A stretch of 64,000 nucleotides of DNA. Source: Desulfatiglandales bacterium. GTDB taxonomy: Bacteria > Desulfobacterota > DSM-4660 > Desulfatiglandales > Desulfatiglandaceae. Below the pieces are notes generated by a model. It saw only the letters and a list, made by a program, of their open reading frames with translations, was not told where the DNA came from and searched no databases. Each line of letters begins with the position of its first letter. The stretch's first letter is position 1. This document shows positions 32,211 to 42,754 of this stretch, in pieces. A program made the position numbers and the translations under genes. Location of the stretch: the NCBI GenBank assembly GCA_963666345.1, contig OY762721.1, forward strand, positions 320,001 to 384,000. The letters run 5' to 3'.

Positions 32211-33227
32211 TCATTCGCCTCTCATACTTTCACCCTTCAGCAGTATTCTCAGGAATAGAGGGCCTCCTACTATGGCGGTTATTATCCCCACAGGCATTTC
32301 AGTCGGCGCGACAATCGTCCTGGCAACCAGGTCGCAGACAGTCAGGAAGGCTCCTCCCAGCAAAAAGGATGATGGAAGCACAACTCGATTGTCCACACCC
32401 GAGATTCGTCTAACGGCATGCGGTATTATTAGCCCCACAAAACCTATCGGTCCTGCTATACTAACGGCCCCGGCAGTAGCAAGCCCGGAGCCAAGAAACA
32501 CATGCCTCTGCACCGAGGCGACATTTACTCCATGGCCTGTTGCCATTTCTTCCCCAAAGGCAAGCTGATTTAAGGTGTTACATTTTAAAAAAAGCAATAT
32601 CAAACCTGGCAATACAAGCGGCAGCAGGGTAAAAACCTCCCCATACCCCACCACATCAAGGCCGCCCATCATCCATCTATCCATCGCAACAAGATGACCC
32701 GGGTCCGCCATGTAACGCACCAGCAGTATCATCGCTCCACAGAATATATTGATCGTGACCCCTGACAGGAGGATGTTTGTCATTGAAAAGTCGGGTTTAT
32801 TCACCGCCAGCCAGTAAATGATCAAAACACAGAGCATGGATCCGGTAAGACTCAGAAACTGGACAGAAGAAAAGGCCCCGAGATGTATAAGTAGCCCGGG
32901 GATCGATATCGCTATCACGGCCCCAACTGCTCCGCTTCCCGCTATCCCCAGAATAAAGGGCTCTGCCAGAGGGTTTCTGAGGACTACCTGGAGGGCACTT
33001 CCTGCGACAGACAGTATGCCCCCTACTATAAATGATGTGATAACCCTGGGAAGCCGAAGAGAAAAAAAGATGTCGCTGTCTACATTGGTTTGTCCTGACA
33101 GGATAGACCCGGAGACATTGTTCCAAGACAGGTTTTCACTGCCGAAGAAAGGCGCGGCAATCAAAACGCCGATCGAAATGGCTGAGTACCATGAAAGGAT
33201 AAAAATAAATTTTTTTTGCGTCAGCAT
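32211..33227 (-). CDS. btuC: BtuC/FecCD-family ABC permease (corrinoid uptake)
   Basis: LRLPR, RNPLAEP, GPIGFVGLIIPH, EMPVG; downstream of B12 riboswitch. Confidence 0.82.
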   Translation of the reverse strand: MLTQKKFIFILSWYSAISIGVLIAAPFFGSENLSWNNVSGSILSGQTNVDSDIFFSLRLPRVITSFIVGGILSVAGSALQVVLRNPLAEPFILGIAGSGAVGAVIAISIPGLLIHLGAFSSVQFLSLTGSMLCVLIIYWLAVNKPDFSMTNILLSGVTINIFCGAMILLVRYMADPGHLVAMDRWMMGGLDVVGYGEVFTLLPLVLPGLILLFLKCNTLNQLAFGEEMATGHGVNVASVQRHVFLGSGLATAGAVSIAGPIGFVGLIIPHAVRRISGVDNRVVLPSSFLLGGAFLTVCDLVARTIVAPTEMPVGIITAIVGGPLFLRILLKGESMRGE

Positions 33228-33248
33228 AGTCCGGCTAATCCATCCGTA

Positions 33249-34040
33249 TTATCTGCATTCAATACCGGGAAATACTACAGGACGGCCGTTAGCCGGGTGC
33301 CTGGCTATTTCTATTTCCTCACCATAGGTCTTTTTCAGCGCATACTCTGTAAGTACTTCATCAGGTGTGCCCTGGCATGCTATTTCGCCATGTCTGAGCA
33401 TAATTATGCGATCACTGAACAGGGAAGCCAGATTCAGATCATGGGTCACTACGGCCGCTCCTATTCCGCTTGATGCGAGCCTTGACAATAACCTGAAAAA
33501 CTTTACCTGGTGATTCAGGTCAAGGGCGCTTGTAGGCTCATCAAGAAGCAGGAGTTCAGGTTCCTGTGCAAGCACCGAGGCCAGGAGTACCCGTTGAACC
33601 TCGCCCCCTGAAAGCCTCTTGAGAGGACGCCTTCCATAATCCGCTATCCCCGTCTTTTCCATGCATCTGCTGATGATTTCAAGATCGGAGTGTCTGAGAA
33701 AACCGGCCCCTGTCAGATAGGGAAACCGACCGAAGGCAACAACTTCTTCTACGGTGTAATCGTTATGGCTCTCCGCGTTCTGGGGCAGATAACCCATCAG
33801 TCTTGCCAGATCCCGCCTCTTGAGTGAAGATATTTCCCTTCCCTTGATAATGACCTTGCCATTGAGCGGTTCAAGCACCCCGGCCGCTATCTTAAGGAGA
33901 GTGCTTTTTCCTGAACCGTTGGGACCGATTATACCTACTACCTCTCCCCGCCGGAGTGAAAAAGAACAGGGAAGAAGCCCCCAGCCGTTAAAATCATAAT
34001 TGAAGGTTACATCGCATATTGAAATAAGTTCACCTGCCAT
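33249..34040 (-). CDS. btuD: BtuD/FepC-family ABC ATPase
   Basis: GPNGSGKST, LSGGEVQR, LDEPTSALD, THDLNLA. Confidence 0.82.
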   Translation of the reverse strand: MAGELISICDVTFNYDFNGWGLLPCSFSLRRGEVVGIIGPNGSGKSTLLKIAAGVLEPLNGKVIIKGREISSLKRRDLARLMGYLPQNAESHNDYTVEEVVAFGRFPYLTGAGFLRHSDLEIISRCMEKTGIADYGRRPLKRLSGGEVQRVLLASVLAQEPELLLLDEPTSALDLNHQVKFFRLLSRLASSGIGAAVVTHDLNLASLFSDRIIMLRHGEIACQGTPDEVLTEYALKKTYGEEIEIARHPANGRPVVFPGIECR

Positions 34041-34929
34041 CCTGAGCCCCCTGATGAATCGCCTCTGCCAGCAAGCGAGCGGCCTTGACGACCCTCGGAC
34101 CCGGCATAAGTAAAAAATTTTCGGTAAAAACGTAAACCCTGCCCTGCGAGGCCGCCTTTAATGATGTGAGTCTCTTCCACTCTTTACTGATTTCCTCTTT
34201 CTCGCAATTTGACAAATCTTCTCCCACACGTGTCTCGATTATTATTTCAGGAGCCTTTTTGATTATGCTCTCCTTGGATATTTCAGGGTACCGTTGGTTA
34301 ATACTGGAAAAGATATTTCTTCCCCCTGCGATATGTAATATCTCTGAAATAAAGCTGCTACCGCCTACGGTAAATATATTGGTAAAATCCTCAGACATAC
34401 GGCCGAGACATAAAAAGACCTCTTTTCTCGGCAGACCCGCCACCGATTCTCTTACCTCCTCAAGACCTTTTCGTATTGACCCACAGAGGGTATTTGCGTT
34501 TTGAGAACAGTTGAGCGCCTTTCCCAGCCTACCTATTCCATCGTATATGCTCTCGATGTCTTCCATTTCAAGATTAAGCACCGGCACCCGCCGTTTATTG
34601 CAGAATCTGATGAGTCTTTCATTTTTCCCCTGAACAACCACCAGATCAGGCCTGAGAGATGCAAGCCTCTCCAGATTAGGATTTATCGCACCGCCCAGTT
34701 TCGGCAGACCCATAGCCTCTTTGGGGTATACACAGAAATCGGTTACTCCTACGATCCTGCCACCGCAGCCAAGGGCGAATATCGTCTCTGTAATGTGGGG
34801 TGCCATTGACACCACCCTGCAGGGCGTTTTTGAGCCCTCAGAGGCGTTACAGTCCATGCGGCAGATACACACCGAGCATATGAAGACAGAGATGAAAATT
34901 ATGACAAACAGCCTTTCGGATCCGTTCAT
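34030..34929 (-). CDS. btuF: BtuF-like periplasmic cobalamin-binding protein
   Basis: RVVSMAPHITE, VGVTDFC.YP, PNLE, PGPR. Confidence 0.82.
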   Translation of the reverse strand: MNGSERLFVIIFISVFICSVCICRMDCNASEGSKTPCRVVSMAPHITETIFALGCGGRIVGVTDFCVYPKEAMGLPKLGGAINPNLERLASLRPDLVVVQGKNERLIRFCNKRRVPVLNLEMEDIESIYDGIGRLGKALNCSQNANTLCGSIRKGLEEVRESVAGLPRKEVFLCLGRMSEDFTNIFTVGGSSFISEILHIAGGRNIFSSINQRYPEISKESIIKKAPEIIIETRVGEDLSNCEKEEISKEWKRLTSLKAASQGRVYVFTENFLLMPGPRVVKAARLLAEAIHQGAQDGR

Positions 34930-35164
34930 ATTGAAGTCTCTTCCTGGATACGGTCAATATGCAAGCCCCCTGCCGGAAAGGAGCCGGGGCATCGGTCTGC
35001 CCCTGAAAGGAAAAAGGCTGCGATGCAGGGCTTCAGAACATCTAACACCATGAAATAATTTCCCTTTTCGTAAGCAAGCAATTTCACGGTTTCAGGCACT
35101 TATCCCGATCCATTAAGGCAACGCCTCCCCTGCATGTCCTTCAAAACCGGGTCTTAATAATGGA

Positions 35165-35199
35165 ATAAAAAAACCCGGATCAAAATTAATCGATCCGGG
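35165..35199 (-). terminator. Intrinsic terminator of the riboswitch expression platform
   Basis: CCCGGATC..GATCCGGG followed by a T-run on the minus strand. Confidence 0.75.
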
Positions 35200-35260
35200 A
35201 TATCCCTTTTTCACCAAGACCATGGGCAAGACCTATTTCCTCGCAGGCCTAAATCCAACA

Positions 35261-35443
35261 TTCAGGCAGGTCTTCTGACTTCCCCCCCTCAGAGGCTGCC
35301 TTCCCGTCTCGCAACAAGACAGTGACTCTCAATTGCCTTCGAGGTTCCCCTTTAAACATCTAAAAGAGAGAGGTAACAGAGGCGGGCCCGTCCCCGATTC
35401 TCACGGGGTTCCCTATTAAGCTCAGATCGAGCGCCTGATGTTT
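35261..35443 (-). ncRNA. Cobalamin (AdoCbl) riboswitch
   Basis: Minus strand: TTAATAGGGAACCCCGTGAGAATCGGGG..GCCCGCCTCTGT..GTCACTG..GGGAAGGC..AAGTCAGAAGACCTGCC (B12 box). Confidence 0.92.
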
Positions 35444-35498
35444 ATCCTAAAATTTTATGACTAATAAAAACCCAAGTCAAGGATATGTTATGGCAGAG

Positions 35499-36866
35499 CT
35501 ACTTCTCAAGCATCGCAAGTTTTCTGGTGATATTATCCTTGATCCAGTGGCTGTCCCAGAATTCTATCGGATTGACAAATACTCCGCCCACCATAATCCC
35601 GAAGTGGAGGTGGTCACCCCCTGCCAGACCCGTGTCACCTGTCAGGCCCAGCATATCACCTCTTGAGATTGTGTCTCCCTCAGACACGTTAACAGCGCTC
35701 AAGTGACCGTAAACAGATGCGATTCCCTGGCCGTGATCGATTACCACAGTGTTCCCGTATATACCGAGTTTGCCTGCAAAAAGCACCTTTCCGCTGTTAG
35801 CGGCCTGGACCTCTGAATTTGCAAGTGATGCCAGATCTACACCCAGATGGATCTGCTCATCGATCTTTTTCCCTTTGTAGTAATAGTTTCTTATATCCCC
35901 GAAACCTGCCATGGTGGCGGCATTCTTGAGCCTTACCCACGTGCCTTCCCAGAGTCTGCGAGTATCCGTCTTATTTCTGAGACCGTAATAGGTCGTATTG
36001 TTTTCTTTTCTTATATTTCTATTGATCTCAAGAAATTTTTCGACATTGCTGGCATCTTTTTTAAATTTATGAGAGGAAAAACAGGGCAGGACCTTTTCTA
36101 TAAAACTGTCGCTGATTTTCATCCTCTTTTCGGGGAAACGCTTATCCTTTATCTTATAATAGAAACCTGATTGGGAGATATTCCCGGCCCTGTCCTTTGC
36201 CCATAGGTACAATTTGGGGTCTCTTTCCAGATTCTGAGGTATGCCGAAATAGCAGACATGCAACCCGCCTTCTGATCCTTTATCAGAGGGAAACCCTTTG
36301 AAAAACATGTCGTTTAGATACACCCCACTTTCAACGGCATCGGAAGAGCTCTGATATACTACAAGACCTGTTCCTCCTCTGTTGAGGTAGTGCATCTTAC
36401 TGACAGCCCTTATTGAGGGGGATATAGTATCGACTATCAACTTGTGTTGAAGCAGAGCAAGATTCCCGTCCCCACCGTTTCTTCTCGAAAAATCCCTCAC
36501 TTCAATCTCGATATCGACCCTGCCCTGGGCCAGTTTCACCTTTGAGGTATCTAACAGAAATTCTTTTTGAAAACTCTGAACACCGTCGCGATTAAGTAAC
36601 CCCTTATATGTAAATTCCTTTTTTAATAATGTGATTTCTCTTCCAGCCTGCTTGGCCACTACCTTCACCTTGCGCAGCCCCCTCTGCCTATCAACGGCTG
36701 AAACCATGAATTTCTGGTTCTTTGAAAAGAATTCGGGCATCGGTTTAATGGAAACATCCGGTTCCTTCCCTTCAAAGACTCCCGTAAAAAACCAGGCAAG
36801 GGCTCCTAAAACCACAACCAGCCCTATAAAAGTAATAGAAAGACTTATCTTCTTTCTCTTTTTCAT
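35499..36866 (-). CDS. Membrane-anchored M23 family metallopeptidase
   Basis: N-terminal TM, HLGVD, YGHLS, HLHF. Confidence 0.92.
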   Translation of the reverse strand: MKKRKKISLSITFIGLVVVLGALAWFFTGVFEGKEPDVSIKPMPEFFSKNQKFMVSAVDRQRGLRKVKVVAKQAGREITLLKKEFTYKGLLNRDGVQSFQKEFLLDTSKVKLAQGRVDIEIEVRDFSRRNGGDGNLALLQHKLIVDTISPSIRAVSKMHYLNRGGTGLVVYQSSSDAVESGVYLNDMFFKGFPSDKGSEGGLHVCYFGIPQNLERDPKLYLWAKDRAGNISQSGFYYKIKDKRFPEKRMKISDSFIEKVLPCFSSHKFKKDASNVEKFLEINRNIRKENNTTYYGLRNKTDTRRLWEGTWVRLKNAATMAGFGDIRNYYYKGKKIDEQIHLGVDLASLANSEVQAANSGKVLFAGKLGIYGNTVVIDHGQGIASVYGHLSAVNVSEGDTISRGDMLGLTGDTGLAGGDHLHFGIMVGGVFVNPIEFWDSHWIKDNITRKLAMLEK

Positions 36867-36919
36867 TTCCTCAAGACACCTCCGACATAACAAAGGGGCG
36901 GCTAAGCCCCTTGCTGTTT

Positions 36920-36969
36920 AAAAAATACCACACCGGACACATGCCATTAGGGCGTTTCCGGCGTGGCAT
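36920..36969 (-). terminator. Terminator-like hairpin just upstream of the M23 gene
   Basis: ATGCCACGCCGGA..TCCGGTGTGGTAT (13 bp with G-U) followed by a T-run. Confidence 0.6.
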
Positions 36970-37159
36970 AAGATTCAAAAGATTGTATTGTGATACTTAA
37001 TGGCTCTATACATAAGCGTCGGTGTTCATGAATTATCTCAATACCCTATCAAAATCCCGCTGATCTTTTTCTGTGGGGACGCGCACTGCGGGACCGATTC
37101 CCCGGTATTCGTCTCAAAAAAAATAGATCAGGCAGGGGCACCCGGGAGATTCAACAACA

Positions 37160-37277
37160 CCATAAGACACTGAACCCTTCACAACCTCACCCTTACAGGT
37201 CTCCTTTTCCGTGGAAGACATGCCTCCTGATATGACATTTGAGGGAGGTACGCCGATGAGGTCGCAATATTTTATGG
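37160..37277 (-). ncRNA. Candidate structured RNA of unknown class
   Basis: Nested G-U-rich stems directly after TTGCCA-17-TATCTA (37283-37311). Confidence 0.4.
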
Positions 37278-37324
37278 GAAAGTAGATAGCAGTTTATATT
37301 CACAATGGCAAATACTTTTGCCTA

Positions 37325-38662
37325 TCAAAAGGAATTCGATTCAATTTCACGTGCTATTTCAATCACTTGGTTTATTACCTCACACTTTTCAATATAACTG
37401 AATTTTCTGTTCCGCATCACTGTCTTTCCGTCTATTATTACATTACTAACATTGCTGCCGCACGCTGAATAGACAATCGCGGAATAAGGGTCATAAAAAG
37501 GGCACAGATTCGGAGAATCCAGATCAATAGTGATAATATCGGCCTTCTTCCCTGCCTCAAGAGTGCCTATCTCATTATCCAGACCCAGAACCGAGGCACC
37601 CTCTACCGTTGCCATCCTTAAAACGCTTCTCGCATCCATCCTGGTCGGGTCACCTGAAAACACCTTGCCAAGTTTCGCTGCGGTATCCATTTCAACTAGG
37701 AGGTCAAGATCATTATTAGAGGCGGGTCCATCCGTGCCCAAGCCTACCTTTATTCCGGCCTCAATCATGTCATGGACCCTGGCTATACCTGAACATAATT
37801 TCATATTGCTCTCCGGGACATGCACAACAGCCACGCCGTTTTCTCTTATCCGCAAAATCTCCCCTTCATCAAGATGCACGGCATGGACAGCTATCAGGTT
37901 TTGGTCCAGTACCCCCAGCTCAGCCAGATAATGAACCGGTCGTAACCCTGTTGACTTAAGTATCTCATCTACCTCCTGGGCTGTCTCTGAAAGATGCATC
38001 ATGAGAGGCACACCGTAATCGGCAGCTATCTCGGCACTGCCTGTAAGCGTCTTTTTAGAGCATGTCACAGGGCTGTGGCAGAAAAGTGAAGGAAGAATCA
38101 TGTCTGAAAAACCTGACCACCTTGATATGAATTCTTCCGCCTTTAGAAGATTTTCCCTTGGATCTTCAACACCCGGCGCAGGAAGATCTATCACCCCCTG
38201 TGAAATTATACCTCTCATACCTGAGTCACAGATCGCTTTGACAGTCGCATCCTGATAAAAATATCCGTCAGCGATACAGGTCGTTCCTGAGGCCATCATC
38301 TCCAGACAGGAAAGCATACCCCCCCAGTAAACGCTGTTTTCGTTTACATAACGGGCCTCAGCCGGAAAGATCTTTTCAAAAAGCCAGGTCTTCAGTGGGA
38401 AATCATCGGCCAAACCCCTGAAAATAGACATGGCGGCATGGGTGTGACCGTTTATAAGCCCCGGCATTACAAGTGTGCGGCTACCGCCTATTGCCTCCGG
38501 TTCACGCGTAAAGGATTCATTGCCATCCTTTTGCCTATCAGCCACCTCTGTTATTATTCCGTCACAGACACACACCCTTCCGTTACTTATCGGTTCCTGA
38601 CCATCCACCATGGTCAGCACGATATCACCTTCCACTATAAGGTCAGGCACTTTGTCTTTCAT
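37325..38662 (-). CDS. Amidohydrolase, MTA/SAH deaminase (MtaD-like)
   Basis: PGLINGHTH, HLSET, HAVH, PESNMKL, GTDGPASNN. Confidence 0.85.
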   Translation of the reverse strand: MKDKVPDLIVEGDIVLTMVDGQEPISNGRVCVCDGIITEVADRQKDGNESFTREPEAIGGSRTLVMPGLINGHTHAAMSIFRGLADDFPLKTWLFEKIFPAEARYVNENSVYWGGMLSCLEMMASGTTCIADGYFYQDATVKAICDSGMRGIISQGVIDLPAPGVEDPRENLLKAEEFISRWSGFSDMILPSLFCHSPVTCSKKTLTGSAEIAADYGVPLMMHLSETAQEVDEILKSTGLRPVHYLAELGVLDQNLIAVHAVHLDEGEILRIRENGVAVVHVPESNMKLCSGIARVHDMIEAGIKVGLGTDGPASNNDLDLLVEMDTAAKLGKVFSGDPTRMDARSVLRMATVEGASVLGLDNEIGTLEAGKKADIITIDLDSPNLCPFYDPYSAIVYSACGSNVSNVIIDGKTVMRNRKFSYIEKCEVINQVIEIAREIESNSF

Positions 38663-38880
38663 CTCTTTCCCCTTTATTCTTTTTCTTCACCAACAGGCCC
38701 CGTTTCGATATATCTTCGGCACCGTTGAACCGCAGCCCCTTTTTGTCACAAATCGATCTGACGGACATAAAACCCAAAAGGTTATTAAACTTAAAGGGGT
38801 GAAATTTCTTGACAGAACAATTAAATTTAAAAGAATATATAAAATTTTATATTAAACCATGGAGGTCGAAGCAGAGAAAT

Positions 38881-40236
38881 ATGGCGATAATAGCCCCGTT
38901 TAAGGGATTAACATACAATTACTATATCAGAAACGATTTCTCAAAAATGGTTGCCCCGCCTTATGATGTGATATCTTCGGAAGAACAGGAATCATTTTAT
39001 CAACTGGATCCTTATAATGTAATAAGGCTTATACTTGCAAAGAAAAAAACAGGCGATTCGGACTGGGATAACCGCTACACCCGGTCAGCCGATTTTTTCA
39101 GGCGCTGGGAATCAGCCGGCATTCTTATCAGATCAAATGAGCCCTGCCTATATATCACCTCTCTCAGTTATGATCCCGGAGACGGATTACCAAAGCGTAC
39201 CAGATGGGGTATCATAGCACTGGCTCGGATAGAAGATCCCGATTCCGGCGTCATACTCCCCCATGAGAAGACCTTTTCAGCGCACAAGGACGATCGGCTA
39301 AAGTTGATGAGGGCATGTGAAGCGCAGGTCAGCCAGATATTCGGACTGTATGAAGACAGTCAGGATATCGTTATGAGCGAATGCAAAAAGGCACTTGATT
39401 TTCAGCCTCAAATTGATTTCGACACTCAAGACGGCACCAGCCACAGGATGTGGATATTGAGAAGGCCTGATATCTTCAAGCTTGTCACAGAGGCCATGGC
39501 AGAAAAGTCAATCTTTATTGCTGATGGTCACCACAGATATGAAACCGCCAGAAATTACAGAAATATAATGCGGTCAAGACATGGAAGGCTTGACCCTCAA
39601 AGGTCCTATGAATTCGTGATGACGTATCTGTCCAATATGAACGATAAGGGGCTCACCATACTGCCCTCGCACAGACTCATAAAAAGGGCTCAAAATTTTG
39701 ACCTCACAGCCTTTTTGAAGAAAGCTGAAGGCTGGTTCAACATAGAAAAGCTTGAGCTTCCCGATTCAGAACTTCCGGTCAAAAGCCGTTTCCTAAAGGT
39801 CAGGTTAGAGCAGGCCGGTAAAAGCGATACTGTCATTGCCTTTGTTCATGCCGATTATAAGGACTGTTACCTCATGACCCTTAAAAAAGGGGGCAGCGAT
39901 GACATGGGGGAGGATCTTCATCCATCGCAAAAAAAGCTTGATGTCCTTGTCCTGTCCAGACTTATTTTACAGAAAAGCCTCGGTTTTCAGAAAGACGACC
40001 TTGATAATGAGGAGATATTTCATTATCTGAGCAGTACCGAAAAGACCCTTGATCAGGTCTTTTCAGGGGATTATGAGATGTCCTTTCTTTTGAATCCCAC
40101 AAAAATCGATCATGTTAAAGAAATCGCCGATAATTCTCTGGTAATGCCGAGGAAATCCACCTTCTTTTATCCCAAAATATTATCAGGCCTTGTGTTCAAC
40201 AAAATTGATCCAAATGAAACCATTCAGATCCCATGA
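38881..40236 (+). CDS. DUF1015 family protein
   Basis: APPYDVI, PHEKT, IADGHHRYET, MPRKSTFFYPK. Confidence 0.9.
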   Translation: MAIIAPFKGLTYNYYIRNDFSKMVAPPYDVISSEEQESFYQLDPYNVIRLILAKKKTGDSDWDNRYTRSADFFRRWESAGILIRSNEPCLYITSLSYDPGDGLPKRTRWGIIALARIEDPDSGVILPHEKTFSAHKDDRLKLMRACEAQVSQIFGLYEDSQDIVMSECKKALDFQPQIDFDTQDGTSHRMWILRRPDIFKLVTEAMAEKSIFIADGHHRYETARNYRNIMRSRHGRLDPQRSYEFVMTYLSNMNDKGLTILPSHRLIKRAQNFDLTAFLKKAEGWFNIEKLELPDSELPVKSRFLKVRLEQAGKSDTVIAFVHADYKDCYLMTLKKGGSDDMGEDLHPSQKKLDVLVLSRLILQKSLGFQKDDLDNEEIFHYLSSTEKTLDQVFSGDYEMSFLLNPTKIDHVKEIADNSLVMPRKSTFFYPKILSGLVFNKIDPNETIQIP

Positions 40237-40930
40237 AAATTTACTGATGCCTGAAGAATCACTTGATCTGTTCAAGGACGGCCGACTCAAGCTGATTCAA
40301 TCCAGGTATGGATACAGGTTTTCAATTGATGCCATATTGCTTTCCGAATTTGTAACCCTGAAAAAGGGGGACATGGTGGTTGACCTTGGCACGGGCTGCG
40401 GCATAATCCTATTGCTCATTCTTCATAAAGGAATCGCCGAAAAGTGCTACGGGCTTGAAATACAGAAAAATCTCTGCGGTCAGGCCCTCAGAAATGCCGC
40501 CATAAACGGATTTGAAGAAAAAATGAAAATAATTATGGGGGATATAAAACAATCCCCCCTCAAGGATGGTATGGCAGACCTTGTAATCTGCAATCCGCCC
40601 TATAGAAGGTTCAACAGCGGGCGAATCAATCCTGATGCAGAAAGGGCCATTGCCAGGCATGAGATACTAGCTTCCCTGGAAGACATCTTGAAAAACGCAA
40701 GAAATCTTCTCAGAAAAAGGGGAAGGTTTGCCATGATATACCCGGCAGAGAGGATTGTTGATCTCTTCTCCAGGATGAGAAGTCTCAATCTTGAACCAAA
40801 AAGGATCCAGCTGGTCTATCCGAGCCTGGAAACAGGGGCAAAACTTTTACTGGTTGAAGCCCTGGCAGGCGGCAACCCCGGCCTTTCCGTCAGTCCGCCT
40901 TTGATTGGTCAGGGTGATTATTCAATCTGA
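40214..40930 (+). CDS. tRNA1(Val) A37 N6-methyltransferase-like SAM methyltransferase
   Basis: YRFSIDAILL, DLGTGCG, CNPPY, IARHE; start codon uncertain. Confidence 0.85.
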   Translation: MKPFRSHENLLMPEESLDLFKDGRLKLIQSRYGYRFSIDAILLSEFVTLKKGDMVVDLGTGCGIILLLILHKGIAEKCYGLEIQKNLCGQALRNAAINGFEEKMKIIMGDIKQSPLKDGMADLVICNPPYRRFNSGRINPDAERAIARHEILASLEDILKNARNLLRKRGRFAMIYPAERIVDLFSRMRSLNLEPKRIQLVYPSLETGAKLLLVEALAGGNPGLSVSPPLIGQGDYSI

Positions 40931-40933
40931 TTT

Positions 40934-41257
40934 TCAATCAGTTGCTCCATACCTGAGGCCTAATCTGAATTCTATGCTCACTACCGCATTCCTGCCCAGT
41001 TGCCGGTTGAGTCTCTGCCTTATCTCGTTTTCCGAATATTGAAGTTCCTGACACCATATCGGGTCTGAGACGTTGACCCTGAGTATCCCATCCTTTATCC
41101 ATGACGGCCTGGCATGTTTTGAGATTCCGACTCCGACTACCTCTTCCCAGATCTTCCAGATCTTCGCATCCTCAGGATTAAAAGGCAGTTCACCGCTGGA
41201 AAAGAGGCTGGATAGCACATCCTTGAGAGCAGTTAGAGATTTTTCGTCCTTTGACAT
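40934..41257 (-). CDS. DUF721/DciA family protein
   Basis: WEEVVGVGISKHARP..GILRVNVSDPIWCQEL. Confidence 0.8.
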   Translation of the reverse strand: MSKDEKSLTALKDVLSSLFSSGELPFNPEDAKIWKIWEEVVGVGISKHARPSWIKDGILRVNVSDPIWCQELQYSENEIRQRLNRQLGRNAVVSIEFRLGLRYGATD

Positions 41258-41507
41258 AATTTTGTCCGGTTCTTCCCCTTTTTGGTTTAACGGCCGGGTG
41301 CAAGGATTTATGCAACATGATTTCATAACCGGCTTTTTCGTATATTACCCCGATATCCTAACTTTCAGCCAAGGCAAAGTCAACGAGGCAGAAACGAACC
41401 TGATCCACCATCAGGATGCCTGATGCAAGGCGCAGCGGAGCGGCAGGCGATATTGCCTGTACGCGCCGAATCTCTTCCAGACTGTGGGTCAGCGGCAAGC
41501 AATATGC

Positions 41508-41536
41508 TTGACGTTGAGCGTTTTTATATATATCTT
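41508..41536 (+). promoter_or_regulatory. Putative sigma70 promoter of hflKC
   Basis: TTGACG-17-TATCTT. Confidence 0.45.
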
Positions 41537-41692
41537 TAAAGGGTAACGTGTTAAAGCCTTTATGAAAATTAGAGAGCTTCGACGTGCTTTCGGTATATGT
41601 GGGATATCATATCAAACTGAGTGATTCGCATAAGGCGAATTTTTTTTCATTTCCTTAAGAGGACAACTATAAATTAAAACGGAGTAAAGATT

Positions 41693-42754
41693 ATGGCGTG
41701 GGACTGGGATAAACTGCAGCAGCAAAGGAAAGGCCCCAAAGGCCCATCAGGGGGAGAATCGGGTGGTCCCCCCCGGATGGATGATGTCTTTGAAAAAATA
41801 AAGGGATCAAAGCTCAAGATACCGGGTGGTGCGCCCATCATAGTCATAATCCTGCTACTGTTTTTTATCGGTTCAAGCTGTTTTTATACTGTAGCGGTGG
41901 ATGAAGTGGGTGTGGTTCAACGATTCGGCAAATACGCAAGGACATCGCAGCCAGGCCTAAATTTCAAATTCCCTAGGGGCGTTGAAAGGGTAAGCAAGGT
42001 AAAGGTCAGGTATGTATTCAAAGAAGAGTTCGGTTTCAGGACCCTGCAGGCGGGCGTAACTTCCAGATATGCCGCCGGCACAACCTACCAGAGCGAAGCC
42101 CTGATGCTTACAGGAGATCTGAACGTGGCGGTAGTGCCCTGGATAGTACAGTACAGGATAAACGACCCGTACAAATACCTTTTTAAGGTAAAAAACGTTC
42201 GCTCGACCCTGAGAGATCTGGCCGAATCCAGCATGCGTCTTGTTGTGGGTGACCGGAGCATAAATGAAGTCATAAGCAAAAGAGAAGAGATAGCCGACGC
42301 TGCAAAGGAATTCCTTCAAAAGGAGCTTGATGAAGCGGAAACAGGCATAAGAATAAGCACTATCGAGATGAAAAAGACAAACGTGCCTGAACCTGTACAG
42401 CCCTCCTTCAATGAAGTCAACCAGGCCACACAGGAAAAGGAAAAGGTGATATACCAGGCAAAAGAGCAGTACAATAAGATAATACCGGCTGCAAAAGGTG
42501 ATGCGGAAAAGACCATCCGATCCGCAGAGGGTTATGCCCTTGACCGTGTGAACCGGGCCAAGGGAGATGCTGCCAGGTTTGTCGCCCTTTACGAGGAATA
42601 CGTCAAGGCAAAGGATGTGACAAGAAGGCGTCTCTATCTTGAGGCCTTGATGGAAATATTTCCCAAGCTCGGAAGCAAATATATTGTTGATGCCGATCAG
42701 AAGAACTTTCTCCCCCTTTTAAACATGGGGGATAAGGCTGGAGGCCAAAAATGA
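41693..42754 (+). CDS. hflK: FtsH protease modulator HflK
   Basis: MAWDW start, GVVQRFGK, MLTGDLN, VTRRRLYLE. Confidence 0.95.
   Translation: MAWDWDKLQQQRKGPKGPSGGESGGPPRMDDVFEKIKGSKLKIPGGAPIIVIILLLFFIGSSCFYTVAVDEVGVVQRFGKYARTSQPGLNFKFPRGVERVSKVKVRYVFKEEFGFRTLQAGVTSRYAAGTTYQSEALMLTGDLNVAVVPWIVQYRINDPYKYLFKVKNVRSTLRDLAESSMRLVVGDRSINEVISKREEIADAAKEFLQKELDEAETGIRISTIEMKKTNVPEPVQPSFNEVNQATQEKEKVIYQAKEQYNKIIPAAKGDAEKTIRSAEGYALDRVNRAKGDAARFVALYEEYVKAKDVTRRRLYLEALMEIFPKLGSKYIVDADQKNFLPLLNMGDKAGGQK

Noticed and set aside
37033..37221. 35-codon ORF MSSTEKETCK..IYFF* with possible UGA readthrough
   Set aside because: GGAGG is only 1 nt from the ATG, the downstream hairpin is weak and too close, and there is no homology cue
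37306..37322. Sigma54 promoter TGGCAAATACTTTTGC
   Set aside because: GG-to-GC spacing is one base too long
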